Of a DNA stretch of 64,000 nt, positions 18,986-27,668 are shown piece after piece. The notes beneath the pieces were generated by a model that did no database searches, was not told the origin of the DNA, and saw nothing but the letters and a program-made list of their open reading frames with translations. Origin of the DNA: an uncultured Actinomycetes bacterium (GTDB lineage: Bacteria; Actinomycetota; Thermoleophilia; UBA2241); assembly GCA_963767005.1 (NCBI GenBank), contig CAVYCN010000003.1, forward strand, positions 224,001 through 288,000, given 5' to 3'. Both the position numbers and the translations under genes were made by a program. Each line of letters starts with the position of its first letter. The stretch's first letter is position 1.

Positions 18986-19058
18986 TGGCGGGGAGTAGGG
19001 GAGTTACACCCCTCTACGTGGATTTAGAGTCCACGCTGATCCTTCCGATCGACCCCCC
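18986..19058 (-). tRNA. pylT: tRNA-Pyl (anticodon CUA)
   Basis: GGGGGGT C GATC-GGAAG-GATC A G CGTGGA-CTCTAAA-TCCACG TAG AGGGG-TGTAACT-CCCCT ACTCCCC G CCA: one nt between acceptor and D arms, 5-nt D loop, 6-bp anticodon stem, 3-nt variable loop, no TTC, G73, encoded CCA. Confidence 0.96.
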
Positions 19059-19101
19059 GCGCCGAGGCCAAGGGTAGCTCATCGGCGGCCGCGCGACAAA
19101 G

Positions 19102-19923
19102 TCAGCGCGTGAGCGCCTCGACGGCCATCGCGGCCACACCGAGGGCGAGCGGCTCGTGCACGAGCCGCTCGCCCAGCGCCCGGGCCGCGGCTGCCGTGAC
19201 GCCGGGCGGCAGGCCCGGCGAGCTCACCACGCCGTCGCTGCCCACCCAGCCGGCGTCGATCAGGTCGGGCGTGGGGGTGGCGTCGAGCACGAACCGGCTG
19301 CGCGCGAGGCCGTCGGCCAGCGTGACCGGCGTGACCTGCGGCAGCTCGGCGACGATGGGCGCGAGACGCGCCTCGTCGCGCTCGCAGACGAGCACGTCGG
19401 CGCCGAGCGTGACCAGACGGGCGGCGGCGGCCCGGCCGACGGGGCCGAGGCCGATCAGCAGGACGGGCCGGCCGGCGAGGCCGGCGGGCCCGGCGGCGGC
19501 CGCGAGCGCCGCGACGTAGGCGTGCGCCGTGCAGGGATCGTCGTCGGCGACCACGCGGCGCGCGAAGTCGAGCGCCAGGAACCTGCCGTCGTCGGCGGCG
19601 AAGACGAGGTCGTCGCCGGCCTTCAGGGCCTCGCCGAAGCCGGCCACGTCGGTGGCGTCGGTCACGCGGGCGCGGCAGCCCAGGCGGGCGCAGATGGCGG
19701 CGACGCAGTCGACGAAGCCGGGGATGACGCCCTCGCCGCTCGTGATCGGCACGACGGCGACGGCGGCCTGGGCGAGGGCGTCGCGGGCGACACCCGCGGA
19801 TGCGCCGCAGGCCCGCGCGGCCAGTGCGACGAAGTCGCAGCCGGTGAGCGCCACCAGGCGCCCCTCGACCTCGTCGAGATGCGCGGTCAGCGTACGGACG
19901 TCGTCCTCGACCAGTCTCGTCAC
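19102..19923 (-). CDS. pylD: Pyrrolysine synthase (3-methylornithyl-N6-L-lysine dehydrogenase)
   Basis: MTRL, VVPITSGEGVIPGF, TDVAGF, ADD..FLA, NAD-binding GLGPVG, PGLP.G, HEPLALGVAAM; GAGGAG RBS. Confidence 0.93.
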   Translation of the reverse strand: MTRLVEDDVRTLTAHLDEVEGRLVALTGCDFVALAARACGASAGVARDALAQAAVAVVPITSGEGVIPGFVDCVAAICARLGCRARVTDATDVAGFGEALKAGDDLVFAADDGRFLALDFARRVVADDDPCTAHAYVAALAAAAGPAGLAGRPVLLIGLGPVGRAAAARLVTLGADVLVCERDEARLAPIVAELPQVTPVTLADGLARSRFVLDATPTPDLIDAGWVGSDGVVSSPGLPPGVTAAAARALGERLVHEPLALGVAAMAVEALTR

Positions 19924-19941
19924 CGCGACTCCTCCTCGCCC

Positions 19942-21240
19942 CTACTCGAGCACGACGTCGAGGCCGTACTCGCCCGCCAGGCGGTCGACGGCGGCCGCGG
20001 CGCGCATGCGCGCCTCGGCCGCCGTCTCGCCTCTCGTCATGATCACGGCGACCCAGCCGCCTGCCCGGCTGCGGGCGCGCGCCTCGCGCGCCTCGCCGAG
20101 GTCGACCACCTTGGCCCCGAGCGCGCGTTCGACCGGCCCGTCGGTCAGCACCACGTCGGCGCCCCACAGGCCCTCGCAGCGACGCAGGGGACCGGCCGCC
20201 CCGACCACGTGCTCGCCCAGCACCTGCACCCGCCCGTCGGCGACGAGCACGTGCTCGTAGACGGCGCCGCGCCGGGCGGCGGTCGCGGCCGGTCCGGCGG
20301 CCAGATCGGCCGGCACGGCGCCGCTCGCGAACGTCTCGGCCAGGACCTGGACGATGTTGACGTCGCTCGCGTGGTAGGCGCAGGCCGGCGTCTGGCTGGG
20401 CAGCCGCGCGTCGATCTCGAGCACCTTGGGCACGCCGGCGTGCCCCATCATGACCTCGACATCCATCACGCCGCCCAGCCCGGCGGCGGCGCCCGCGCCG
20501 GTGCGACCGACGCCGGCCGCGAGGCGCCGGCTCACCTCGTCGAGCGCGGCCAGCGCCCCGTCGTCGATCAGGTCGGAGCCACCGCCCTGCGCGGCGGGGT
20601 CCTTCGCCGCCTGCGCGACCGGGGCGACGACGCGTTTGCAGTCCCAGCCCGCGTCGAACTCGAGCCAGGTGGGCGCCAGCGTGACCGTCGCGCCACCGTA
20701 CGAGACCATGTCGACCGAGAGCGAAGGCCCGGGCACGTACTCCTCGATGACGGCGTCGGCGCCGCTTGCGGCCAGACGGGCGCGCGCGAGCGCGAGCTCG
20801 GTATCCGACCAGACGAGCTCGACCTGCACGCTGCCGCTCCCCACGCTCGGCTTGACGATCACGGGAAAGCCGCAGGGCCAGGGCGCCGGGCGGGGCACGT
20901 CGAGCCGCGCGAACAGCTCGTTCGAGCGCAGCTTGGACTGGGTCACCGCGTAGGCGTCGGGGTCGAAGAGCAGCGGCACGCCCAGCCCTGGCACGAACGA
21001 GGCGAGAAAGGCGAGCGTGCGCTCGTCCTCGCAGGCCGGCAGCACGGCGTCGCACGACAGGAGCACCTCGCGAGTGCGGGCCGGGTCGACGGCGACGTCG
21101 AACACGTGGCTCTCGGCGGCCAGGCCGGCCGCCGGCCGCCCCGGGCGCCGGTCGACCAGCACGACGTCGTAACCGGCCTCGCCGGCCAGGTACGCCGCCT
21201 CGGTGCCCTGCAGCTTGCCGCCGACGACCGCGAGCCTCAT
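19942..21240 (-). CDS. pylC: 3-methylornithine--L-lysine ligase (ATP-grasp)
   Basis: VVGGKLQGTEAAYLA, FPVIVKPS.GSGS, EEYVPGPSLS, WDCKRV, LEIDARLPSQTP, GEHV; ATGA overlap with pylB; TAG stop. Confidence 0.94.
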   Translation of the reverse strand: MRLAVVGGKLQGTEAAYLAGEAGYDVVLVDRRPGRPAAGLAAESHVFDVAVDPARTREVLLSCDAVLPACEDERTLAFLASFVPGLGVPLLFDPDAYAVTQSKLRSNELFARLDVPRPAPWPCGFPVIVKPSVGSGSVQVELVWSDTELALARARLAASGADAVIEEYVPGPSLSVDMVSYGGATVTLAPTWLEFDAGWDCKRVVAPVAQAAKDPAAQGGGSDLIDDGALAALDEVSRRLAAGVGRTGAGAAAGLGGVMDVEVMMGHAGVPKVLEIDARLPSQTPACAYHASDVNIVQVLAETFASGAVPADLAAGPAATAARRGAVYEHVLVADGRVQVLGEHVVGAAGPLRRCEGLWGADVVLTDGPVERALGAKVVDLGEAREARARSRAGGWVAVIMTRGETAAEARMRAAAAVDRLAGEYGLDVVLE

Positions 21241-22370
21241 GCGGGGCGCTCGGCGGCCGCCACCCCGTCGCCGCCCGCGGCGATCGCGGCCGCCGCCCGG
21301 CGGCCGCGCGCGGCCGCCACCCAGGCGGCGTACTCGGCCGCGCTCGCGACCCGCAAGCCTGACTTGGCCAGCCGTTCCACGACGACGGGCGCGGTGCGCA
21401 AGCCGGCGTCGATGTCGAGCTCGGACTGCGAGACGCCGGCGAGACCGGTGTGGGGCGGCACGAGCGACGTGACGACGTTCGCGCCGGCGGCGATGCGCGA
21501 CTCGAGGCCGGCGATGCCGTCGACGTCGAGCGACGCGGGGATCAACCGGTCGGGCATGGCCAGGCGCATGGTGGCGATCGTGACGAGCTCGCCGAGCCGT
21601 CCGGCCGGTCGCAGGTCGGCGAGCGGGGTGCCGCGCTGCGGCACGAAGGTCATGACGCGCACCTGGTCGAGCGGCTCGGCCCGCATGGCGGTCACCGTCA
21701 TGGCGCGCTCGGCCACCGTCTCGCCGACGCCGAGCAGCATGCCGTCCTCGACCAGCATGCCGCGCGCGGCGGCGTCGAGTCGCGCCTGGGCGCGCTCGTC
21801 GAAGTCCTGACCGACCCGCAGGCGGTCGTACAGCTCGCGGGCCTGCGTCTCCTGGTAGCAGGCGTACCACTCGGCGCCGGTCGCGGCCAGAGCGGCGAGG
21901 GCGCCGGGCCCGAGCACGCCCGGCGAGGCCATCACCGGCAGGCCGGTGGTGGCGCGCACCGCCGACACGAGCACGAGAAAGGCGTCGAACTCGCGGCCCT
22001 CGCGGTAGCGCGGGTCCTCGCCCATGGTGAGGTCGATCAGGTGGACGCCTGATCCGGCGAGGCCGACGCTGATCGCCACGACCTCGTCGAGCGACTTGCG
22101 GTACCGCGGCCCCGCGCGGTTGCTGCGACGGTACAGGCAGAACGTGCAGTCGTTGCGACAGTACGTCGAGAAGTAGACGAAGCCGTAGAGAAAGACGGCG
22201 TCGCCGAACCGCCGCCGGCGCAGCTCGCTCGCGGCGGCGAACAGGTCGGCCGCCGCGGCCTGGTCGTCGACCGCGAGCAGCGTGGCGATCTCGCTGTCCG
22301 ACGGCCCCTGCCCGGCGAGCGCCCGTTCCAGGATCGGAGCGATGGCGGCCGACGCCGCGTCGGGCCTCAT
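21237..22370 (-). CDS. pylB: Methylornithine synthase (radical SAM lysine mutase)
   Basis: VFLYGFVYFSTYCRNDCTFCLYR, SGVHLIDLTMGEDP, WYACYQET, QVRVMTFVPQ.GTP, LIPASLDVDG, GANVVTS, GLAGV. Confidence 0.95.
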   Translation of the reverse strand: MRPDAASAAIAPILERALAGQGPSDSEIATLLAVDDQAAAADLFAAASELRRRRFGDAVFLYGFVYFSTYCRNDCTFCLYRRSNRAGPRYRKSLDEVVAISVGLAGSGVHLIDLTMGEDPRYREGREFDAFLVLVSAVRATTGLPVMASPGVLGPGALAALAATGAEWYACYQETQARELYDRLRVGQDFDERAQARLDAAARGMLVEDGMLLGVGETVAERAMTVTAMRAEPLDQVRVMTFVPQRGTPLADLRPAGRLGELVTIATMRLAMPDRLIPASLDVDGIAGLESRIAAGANVVTSLVPPHTGLAGVSQSELDIDAGLRTAPVVVERLAKSGLRVASAAEYAAWVAAARGRRAAAAIAAGGDGVAAAERPA

Positions 22371-22446
22371 CGGGCCGGTCCGCGGGCCGCTGCCGCAACG
22401 GACGCAGGAAGGTCGTGAGACGGGGCGCGGCGAATCATCACGATCA

Positions 22447-22455
22447 CATGGTACC
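22447..22455 (-). promoter_or_regulatory. Possible extended -10 promoter of pylBCDT
   Basis: TGgTACCAT on the minus strand about 77 bp upstream of the pylB ATG. Confidence 0.35.
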
Positions 22456-22476
22456 AGAGCCCGCGAGGAGCCCGAT

Positions 22477-22659
22477 GTGAGGAAATGGGACGACACCCCG
22501 TGGCCGCCGCCGCGCGCCGGCCAGGCCGCGCGGACCGGCGAGGCGCGGCCCGACTCCGGCGAGCGCGACGCGAAGCCGGTCCGGCTGCTGCCGTTCCGCC
22601 TGCGCTCGCTGAAGAGTAGATCGCGGACCGGCGTGCCCGAGCGACCGCGCGGCGCCTGA
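22477..22659 (+). CDS. Possible 60-aa small protein divergent from pylB
   Basis: GAGGAG 6 nt before GTG; MRKWDDTPWPPP...; no recognisable domain. Confidence 0.3.
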   Translation: MRKWDDTPWPPPRAGQAARTGEARPDSGERDAKPVRLLPFRLRSLKSRSRTGVPERPRGA

Positions 22660-22742
22660 CGGCGACCGGCGGTCCTTGCCGCCCCACGACGACCGGCGGC
22701 TCGTGACCCGACGCGCCGCCGCCGCTTGGGCGACCCCGCGAG

Positions 22743-23033
22743 TCAGTCGTGGTCGGGCGCCTCGGGCAGGTTGCGGATGTTCTCGCCGGCCTGCCACTTG
22801 CCGAAGTTGTCGTTCATCGCGTCGATGAGCTCCTTCATGAAGCGCGCCGACATGTTGATGCGCGCGACGACGACACCGTTCACCTCTTCCTCGGTCTCGT
22901 TCTCGTGGTCGAGCCGCATGAAGGTGAGCGAGAACTCGTAGTCCGAGTGGCTCACGTTGGCGAAGTTGGCGTAGACGCCGGCCATCATCTCGGGCGTGGC
23001 GTGAATGTTGAAGCGACGTTCGTCGTCTTGCAT
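22743..23033 (-). CDS. DUF3467-like small protein
   Basis: AGVYANFANVSHSDYEFSLTF...VVARINMS; GGAGG RBS. Confidence 0.8.
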   Translation of the reverse strand: MQDDERRFNIHATPEMMAGVYANFANVSHSDYEFSLTFMRLDHENETEEEVNGVVVARINMSARFMKELIDAMNDNFGKWQAGENIRNLPEAPDHD

Positions 23034-23055
23034 GGTTGCTGCGGCCTCCTTTGCT

Positions 23056-24072
23056 TTACGCGACGGTGTCCCGCTGCAGGCGTGCGGCCACGGCGGCGCT
23101 GAACTCGCGGGTGCCGGCGGTGCCGCCGAGATCGCGGGTGAGGTGGCTGCCCTCGGCGAGCACCGCGGCCACGGCGCCGGACAGCCGGTCGGCGGCCGCA
23201 TCCTCGCCCAGGTGAGCCAGCATGAGCGCGCCCGACAGCAGGAAGGCCGTCGGATTGACGATGTCCCGCCCGGCGATGTCGGGGCCGCTGCCGTGCACCG
23301 CCTCGAACACGGCGCACTCGGGCCCGATGTTGGCGCCCGGCGCCATGCCGGGGCCGCCGATCAGGCCGGCGCAGAGATCGCTCACGATGTCGCCGTACAG
23401 GTTCGGGCAGACGAGCACGTCGAAGCGCTCGGGCGCCATGACGAGCTGCTGGCAGAGATTGTCGACGATGCAGTCGTCGAGCTCGATGTCGGGGTAGCCG
23501 GCGGCGACCTCGCGGACGCAGCGCAGGAACAGGCCGTCGGTCAGCTTCATGATGTTGGCCTTGTGCACCGCCGTCACCCGGCGGCGACCGCGGGCGCGGG
23601 CGTAGTCGAAGGCAAAGCGCGCGATGCGCTCGCTCGCCGCTCGCGTGATCACCTTGATCGACTCGGCCTCATCGGCACTCACCTGGCGCTCGATGCCGGC
23701 GTAGAGGTCCTCGGTGTTCTCGCGCACGACCACGAGGTCGACGCCCGTGAAGCGGCTGGGCACGCCGGGCAGCGAGCGCACCGGCCGCAGGCACGCGTAC
23801 AGGTCGAGCTCCTTGCGCAGCGCCACGTTGACCGAGCGAAAGCCGCTGCCGACCGGCGTGGTGACCGGGCCCTTGATCGCCACTTTGGTCTCGCGCACCG
23901 ACTCGAGGACGTCGTCGGGCAGCGGCACGCCGGCCCGCTCGATGACTGCGGCACCGGCGTCGCGACGCTGCCAGGCGATCTCGACGCCGCTGGCCGCGAC
24001 GACCGTCTCGAGGGCGGCGGCGAGCTCGGGCCCGGTGCCGTCGCCGGGGATCAGCGTGACGGTGTGCGGCAC
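23056..24072 (-). CDS. Isocitrate/homoisocitrate dehydrogenase family (NAD-type)
   Basis: TLIPGDGTGPE, KGPVTTPVGSGFRSVNVALRK, RENTEDLY, HKANIMK, NLYGDIVSD, FEAVHGS. Confidence 0.9.
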   Translation of the reverse strand: MPHTVTLIPGDGTGPELAAALETVVAASGVEIAWQRRDAGAAVIERAGVPLPDDVLESVRETKVAIKGPVTTPVGSGFRSVNVALRKELDLYACLRPVRSLPGVPSRFTGVDLVVVRENTEDLYAGIERQVSADEAESIKVITRAASERIARFAFDYARARGRRRVTAVHKANIMKLTDGLFLRCVREVAAGYPDIELDDCIVDNLCQQLVMAPERFDVLVCPNLYGDIVSDLCAGLIGGPGMAPGANIGPECAVFEAVHGSGPDIAGRDIVNPTAFLLSGALMLAHLGEDAAADRLSGAVAAVLAEGSHLTRDLGGTAGTREFSAAVAARLQRDTVA

Positions 24073-24077
24073 GGGCC

Positions 24078-24608
24078 CTACCCCTCGGGCAGGTGGAACT
24101 CGCCGTAGCGGCGGAAGTGCTCGACGAGGCCGCCGTCGGAGAGGATCTTGAGCATGACCGGCGGCAGCGGCGCGAAGGGCAGGACGAGGCCCCTGGTCAG
24201 GTCGCGCACCTCGCCGACCTCGAGGTCGACCTCGAGGTCGTCCCACTGCTCGACGGCGCTCGTGTCGCAGGTGAGCGCCGGCAGGCCGACGTTGATCGCG
24301 TTGCGAAAGAAGATGCGGGCGAAGGACTGGGCGAGGACCGCGCCGGCGCCGGCCAGCCTGATGATGCGCGGCGCATGCTCGCGGCTCGAGCCCAGGCCGA
24401 AGTTGCGCCCGCCGACCACGAAGTCGCCCGGCTTGATGCGCTTGGCGAACTCGGGGTTCTCGTCCTCGAGCACGTGCTTGGCGAGCTCGGGCAGGTCGGT
24501 GCGCAGGTGAAACAGGCGACCGGGCGCGATCTGGTCGGTCGAGATGTCGTCGCCGAACGTCCAGGCGCGGCCGCGCAGGACCCCGGGGCTGCCGCTCGGC
24601 GCGGTCAT
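24078..24608 (-). CDS. LeuD/AksE-type (homo)aconitase small subunit
   Basis: [11 protein letters not shown], substrate loop [30 protein letters not shown]. Confidence 0.9.
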   Translation of the reverse strand: MTAPSGSPGVLRGRAWTFGDDISTDQIAPGRLFHLRTDLPELAKHVLEDENPEFAKRIKPGDFVVGGRNFGLGSSREHAPRIIRLAGAGAVLAQSFARIFFRNAINVGLPALTCDTSAVEQWDDLEVDLEVGEVRDLTRGLVLPFAPLPPVMLKILSDGGLVEHFRRYGEFHLPEG

Positions 24609-24611
24609 CGG

Positions 24612-25127
24612 TCAGGCGTCGCTTTCGGCGATCGTCACGCTGTTCATGGCAAGGCCGGGCTCGCGCGCCGTCATCGGGTCGCGCGGCGGGATCGCGAGCA
24701 CGACGTCCATGCCCGACACGACCCGCCCGAACACGGCGTGCTTGCCGTCGAGGTGGGGCGTCGCGCGGTGCGTGATGAAGAACTGCGAGCCGTTCGTGTT
24801 CGGCCCGGCGTTGGCCATCGACAGCACGCCGGGCCCGTCGTGCACGAGGCCCGGGCCGAACTCGTCGGCGAAGCGGTAGCCGGGACCGCCGCGGCCGGTG
24901 CCGGTTGGGTCGCCGGTCTGCGCCATGAAATCAGGGATGACGCGGTGGAACGTGACGCCGTCGTAGTAGCCGTCACGGGCCAGGAACACGAAGTTGTTGA
25001 CGGTGGCCGGCGCCTTGTCGGCGTAGAGCTCGACGACGATGTCGCCGCGGTCGGTCGCGATCGTGGCCTTGTAGGCGTGGGTCGGGTCGATGCCCATGGC
25101 CGGCGGGGCGTCGTACTGCTTAGCCAT
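24612..25127 (-). CDS. Cyclophilin-type peptidyl-prolyl isomerase
   Basis: [53 protein letters not shown]. Confidence 0.95.
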   Translation of the reverse strand: MAKQYDAPPAMGIDPTHAYKATIATDRGDIVVELYADKAPATVNNFVFLARDGYYDGVTFHRVIPDFMAQTGDPTGTGRGGPGYRFADEFGPGLVHDGPGVLSMANAGPNTNGSQFFITHRATPHLDGKHAVFGRVVSGMDVVLAIPPRDPMTAREPGLAMNSVTIAESDA

Positions 25128-26427
25128 CGTGGTCTCCTTCGGTCGGGTGCTCGCCGCCCGCCGGCGCGCCGGCGGCGAGCAGCTCGCGCGGGTCGACGAT
25201 CTCGCCGGCGACGGCCGCCGCGGCCGCCGTGAGCGGCGAGGCGAGGTAGATGGCGCCCTGGGGGTTGCCCATGCGCCCCTTGAAGTTGCGGTTGGCGGTG
25301 CTCACGCAGACCTCGCCGTCGGCGAGGATGCCCTGGTGCACGCCGACGCAGGCGCCGCAGCCCGGGTTGGTGACGACCGCGCCGGCGTCGGCGAAGGCCT
25401 GCAGGAGCCCCTCGTCGACGGCCGCGCGCCACACCGCCTGCGAGGCCGGCGTGACGATCAGGCGCGTGCGCGCCGCCCGCCGCCGGCCGCGCAGCAGACG
25501 CGCGGCGGCGCGCAGGTCGTCGAGGCGGCCATTCGTGCAGGTGCCGATCAGCACCTGGTCGACCCGAGTGCCGGCGAGCTCGCTCGCCGGGTGCACGTTG
25601 TCGACCGTGTGGGGCGCGGCCAGCACCGGCACGATCTCGTCGGCGATGAACGACAGGCTGCGCTCGTAGACGGCGTCGGCATCGGGCTCGACCGCGCGCC
25701 AGTCGGCCGCCCGCCCCCGGTCGGCGAGGAACGACCTGGTGACGCCGTCGCTCGCCACGAGGCCGGCCTTGGCGCCGGCCTCGACCGCCATGTTGCTCAG
25801 GGTCAGGCGCTCGTGCATGGGCAGCGCGTCGATCGCGGGCCCGCCGAACTCGAGCGCCTTGTAGGTGGCGCCGTCGGCGCCCAGGCGGCCGATGAGCGTG
25901 AGGACGAGGTCCTTGGCGCTGACCCCGTCGGCGAAGCGCCCGCCGACCTCGACGCGGAAGGTCTCCGGCACGCGCAGCCAGGTCTGGCCGGTCGCCATGC
26001 CGATCGCCACGTCGGTCGAGCCCATGCCGGTGGCGAAGGCGCCCAGGGCGCCGGCCGTGCAGGTGTGCGAGTCGGCGCCGATCACGAGGTCGCCGGGCCG
26101 TGCGTAGCTTTCGGCGACGCGCTGGTGGCAGACGCCCATCTCGACGTCGGACAGGGTCGCGCCCGTCTCGGCGCAGAAGCAGCGCACGATCTCGTGGGCG
26201 TTGGCGAGCTCGACGCGCGGCGCCGGCGCCGCGTGGTCGATGAAGAACACGGCGCGCGGCACGGTGACGCGCACGCGGCCAAGCTCGCGGAGCTGCTGGA
26301 TGGCGAGCGGCCCGGTGCCGTCCTGAGCGATCGCCAGGTCGACCATGGCGACCACGATCTGACCGGCCTGGACCGAGTCGAGCGCCGTGTGGGCGGCGAT
26401 GACCTTCTCGGCGATGGTGGCGGGCAC
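25120..26427 (-). CDS. LeuC/AksD-type (homo)aconitase large subunit
   Basis: [45 protein letters not shown]. Confidence 0.93.
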   Translation of the reverse strand: MPATIAEKVIAAHTALDSVQAGQIVVAMVDLAIAQDGTGPLAIQQLRELGRVRVTVPRAVFFIDHAAPAPRVELANAHEIVRCFCAETGATLSDVEMGVCHQRVAESYARPGDLVIGADSHTCTAGALGAFATGMGSTDVAIGMATGQTWLRVPETFRVEVGGRFADGVSAKDLVLTLIGRLGADGATYKALEFGGPAIDALPMHERLTLSNMAVEAGAKAGLVASDGVTRSFLADRGRAADWRAVEPDADAVYERSLSFIADEIVPVLAAPHTVDNVHPASELAGTRVDQVLIGTCTNGRLDDLRAAARLLRGRRRAARTRLIVTPASQAVWRAAVDEGLLQAFADAGAVVTNPGCGACVGVHQGILADGEVCVSTANRNFKGRMGNPQGAIYLASPLTAAAAAVAGEIVDPRELLAAGAPAGGEHPTEGDHDG

Positions 26428-26438
26428 CGCCCGACCGC

Positions 26439-27668
26439 CTACCCGTCGCCCTCGGCCGCTTGGGCGCCGGGCAGCGGCACGGCGTCGCCCAGGCGCCCGA
26501 CGTAGTCCTGGTAGATGTACATGATCTCCTTCGAGAACAGGGCGCGCTTGAGCTCGACCGCGGTCTGCCGCACCATCTTCAGGATCTCCTCGGCGTCGTG
26601 CTGGGACAGCTCGATGCCGAACTCCTGGAACTTGCGGTAGATCGTGCGCGAGCCCGAGTGCTTGCCGACCACGATCTGCCGTTCGAGCCCGACGTCCTCG
26701 GGCGAGTAGGCTTCGTAGTTGAGCGGGTTCTTGATGACGCCGTCGGCGTGGATGCCCGACTCGTGGGCGAACACGTTGGTGCCCACGATGCTCTTCCAGT
26801 CGGGGATCGTGCGGGCCGACGCCGCCGCCACGTACTCGCACAGCTCGCGGAAGCGCGACGTGTGCAGGCCCAGCTCGACGTGGCCGATGTACTTGAGCGC
26901 CATGACGACCTCTTCGAGGGCGGCGTTGCCGGCCCGCTCGCCGAGGCCGTTCACCGTCGTGTTGACGTAGGTCGCACCGGCCTTGATGCCGGCCAGGGCG
27001 TTGGCCGTGGCCATGCCGAAGTCGTCGTGGGTGTGCATCTCGATCTCGAGGCCCTGCAGGTGCAGGAACCGCACCACGTTGTAGGTGTCGAACGGGTCGA
27101 GGATGCCGAGCGTGTCGCAGAAGCGCAGGCGGTCGGCGCCCTCGTCCTTGGCGGCCTGGCCGAAGCGCAGCAGGAACTCGAGGTCGGCGCGGCTTGCGTC
27201 TTCGGCGTTCACCGACACGTAGACGCCGTGCTCCTTGGCGAAGGCCACGCAGGCGCGGATCTGGTCGAGCACCCACTGGCGCGACTTCTGCAGCTTGTGC
27301 TCGATGTGGATGTCGCTCGCCGACATCGAGATGGCGACGGCGTCGACACCGCAGTCGAGCGAGTGCTGGATGTCGGAGATCACGGCCCGGTTCCAGGCGA
27401 GGATCGAGGGCTTGAGACCGAGCTCGACGATCTGGCAGATGACCTGCTTCTCGTCGCCGAGCATGGCCGGGATGCCGACCTCGATCTGGTGCACGCCGAC
27501 CTCGTTCAGCAGGCGCGCGATGCGGATCTTCTCGTGGTTGGAGAACACGACGCCGGCGGTCTGCTCGCCGTCGCGCAGGGTGGTGTCGTCGATGCGCACC
27601 GACGGCCCCTCGGCCGGCTCTTCGCCGATGACGAAGGTCGACAGGTCGCCCGGGTGGAACTCGCTCAC
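26439..27668 (-). CDS. NifV-like homocitrate synthase / DRE-TIM acyltransferase
   Basis: DTTLRDGEQTAGV, HTHDDFGMATAN, GLGERAGNAALEE, FAHESGIHADG, GKHSG. Confidence 0.9.
   Translation of the reverse strand: MSEFHPGDLSTFVIGEEPAEGPSVRIDDTTLRDGEQTAGVVFSNHEKIRIARLLNEVGVHQIEVGIPAMLGDEKQVICQIVELGLKPSILAWNRAVISDIQHSLDCGVDAVAISMSASDIHIEHKLQKSRQWVLDQIRACVAFAKEHGVYVSVNAEDASRADLEFLLRFGQAAKDEGADRLRFCDTLGILDPFDTYNVVRFLHLQGLEIEMHTHDDFGMATANALAGIKAGATYVNTTVNGLGERAGNAALEEVVMALKYIGHVELGLHTSRFRELCEYVAAASARTIPDWKSIVGTNVFAHESGIHADGVIKNPLNYEAYSPEDVGLERQIVVGKHSGSRTIYRKFQEFGIELSQHDAEEILKMVRQTAVELKRALFSKEIMYIYQDYVGRLGDAVPLPGAQAAEGDG

Noticed and set aside
12048-22370. A Pyl-containing methylamine methyltransferase or other gene with an internal TAG
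   Set aside because: None seen; the TAG-ending genes I examined appear to stop at or near their family's normal C-terminus.
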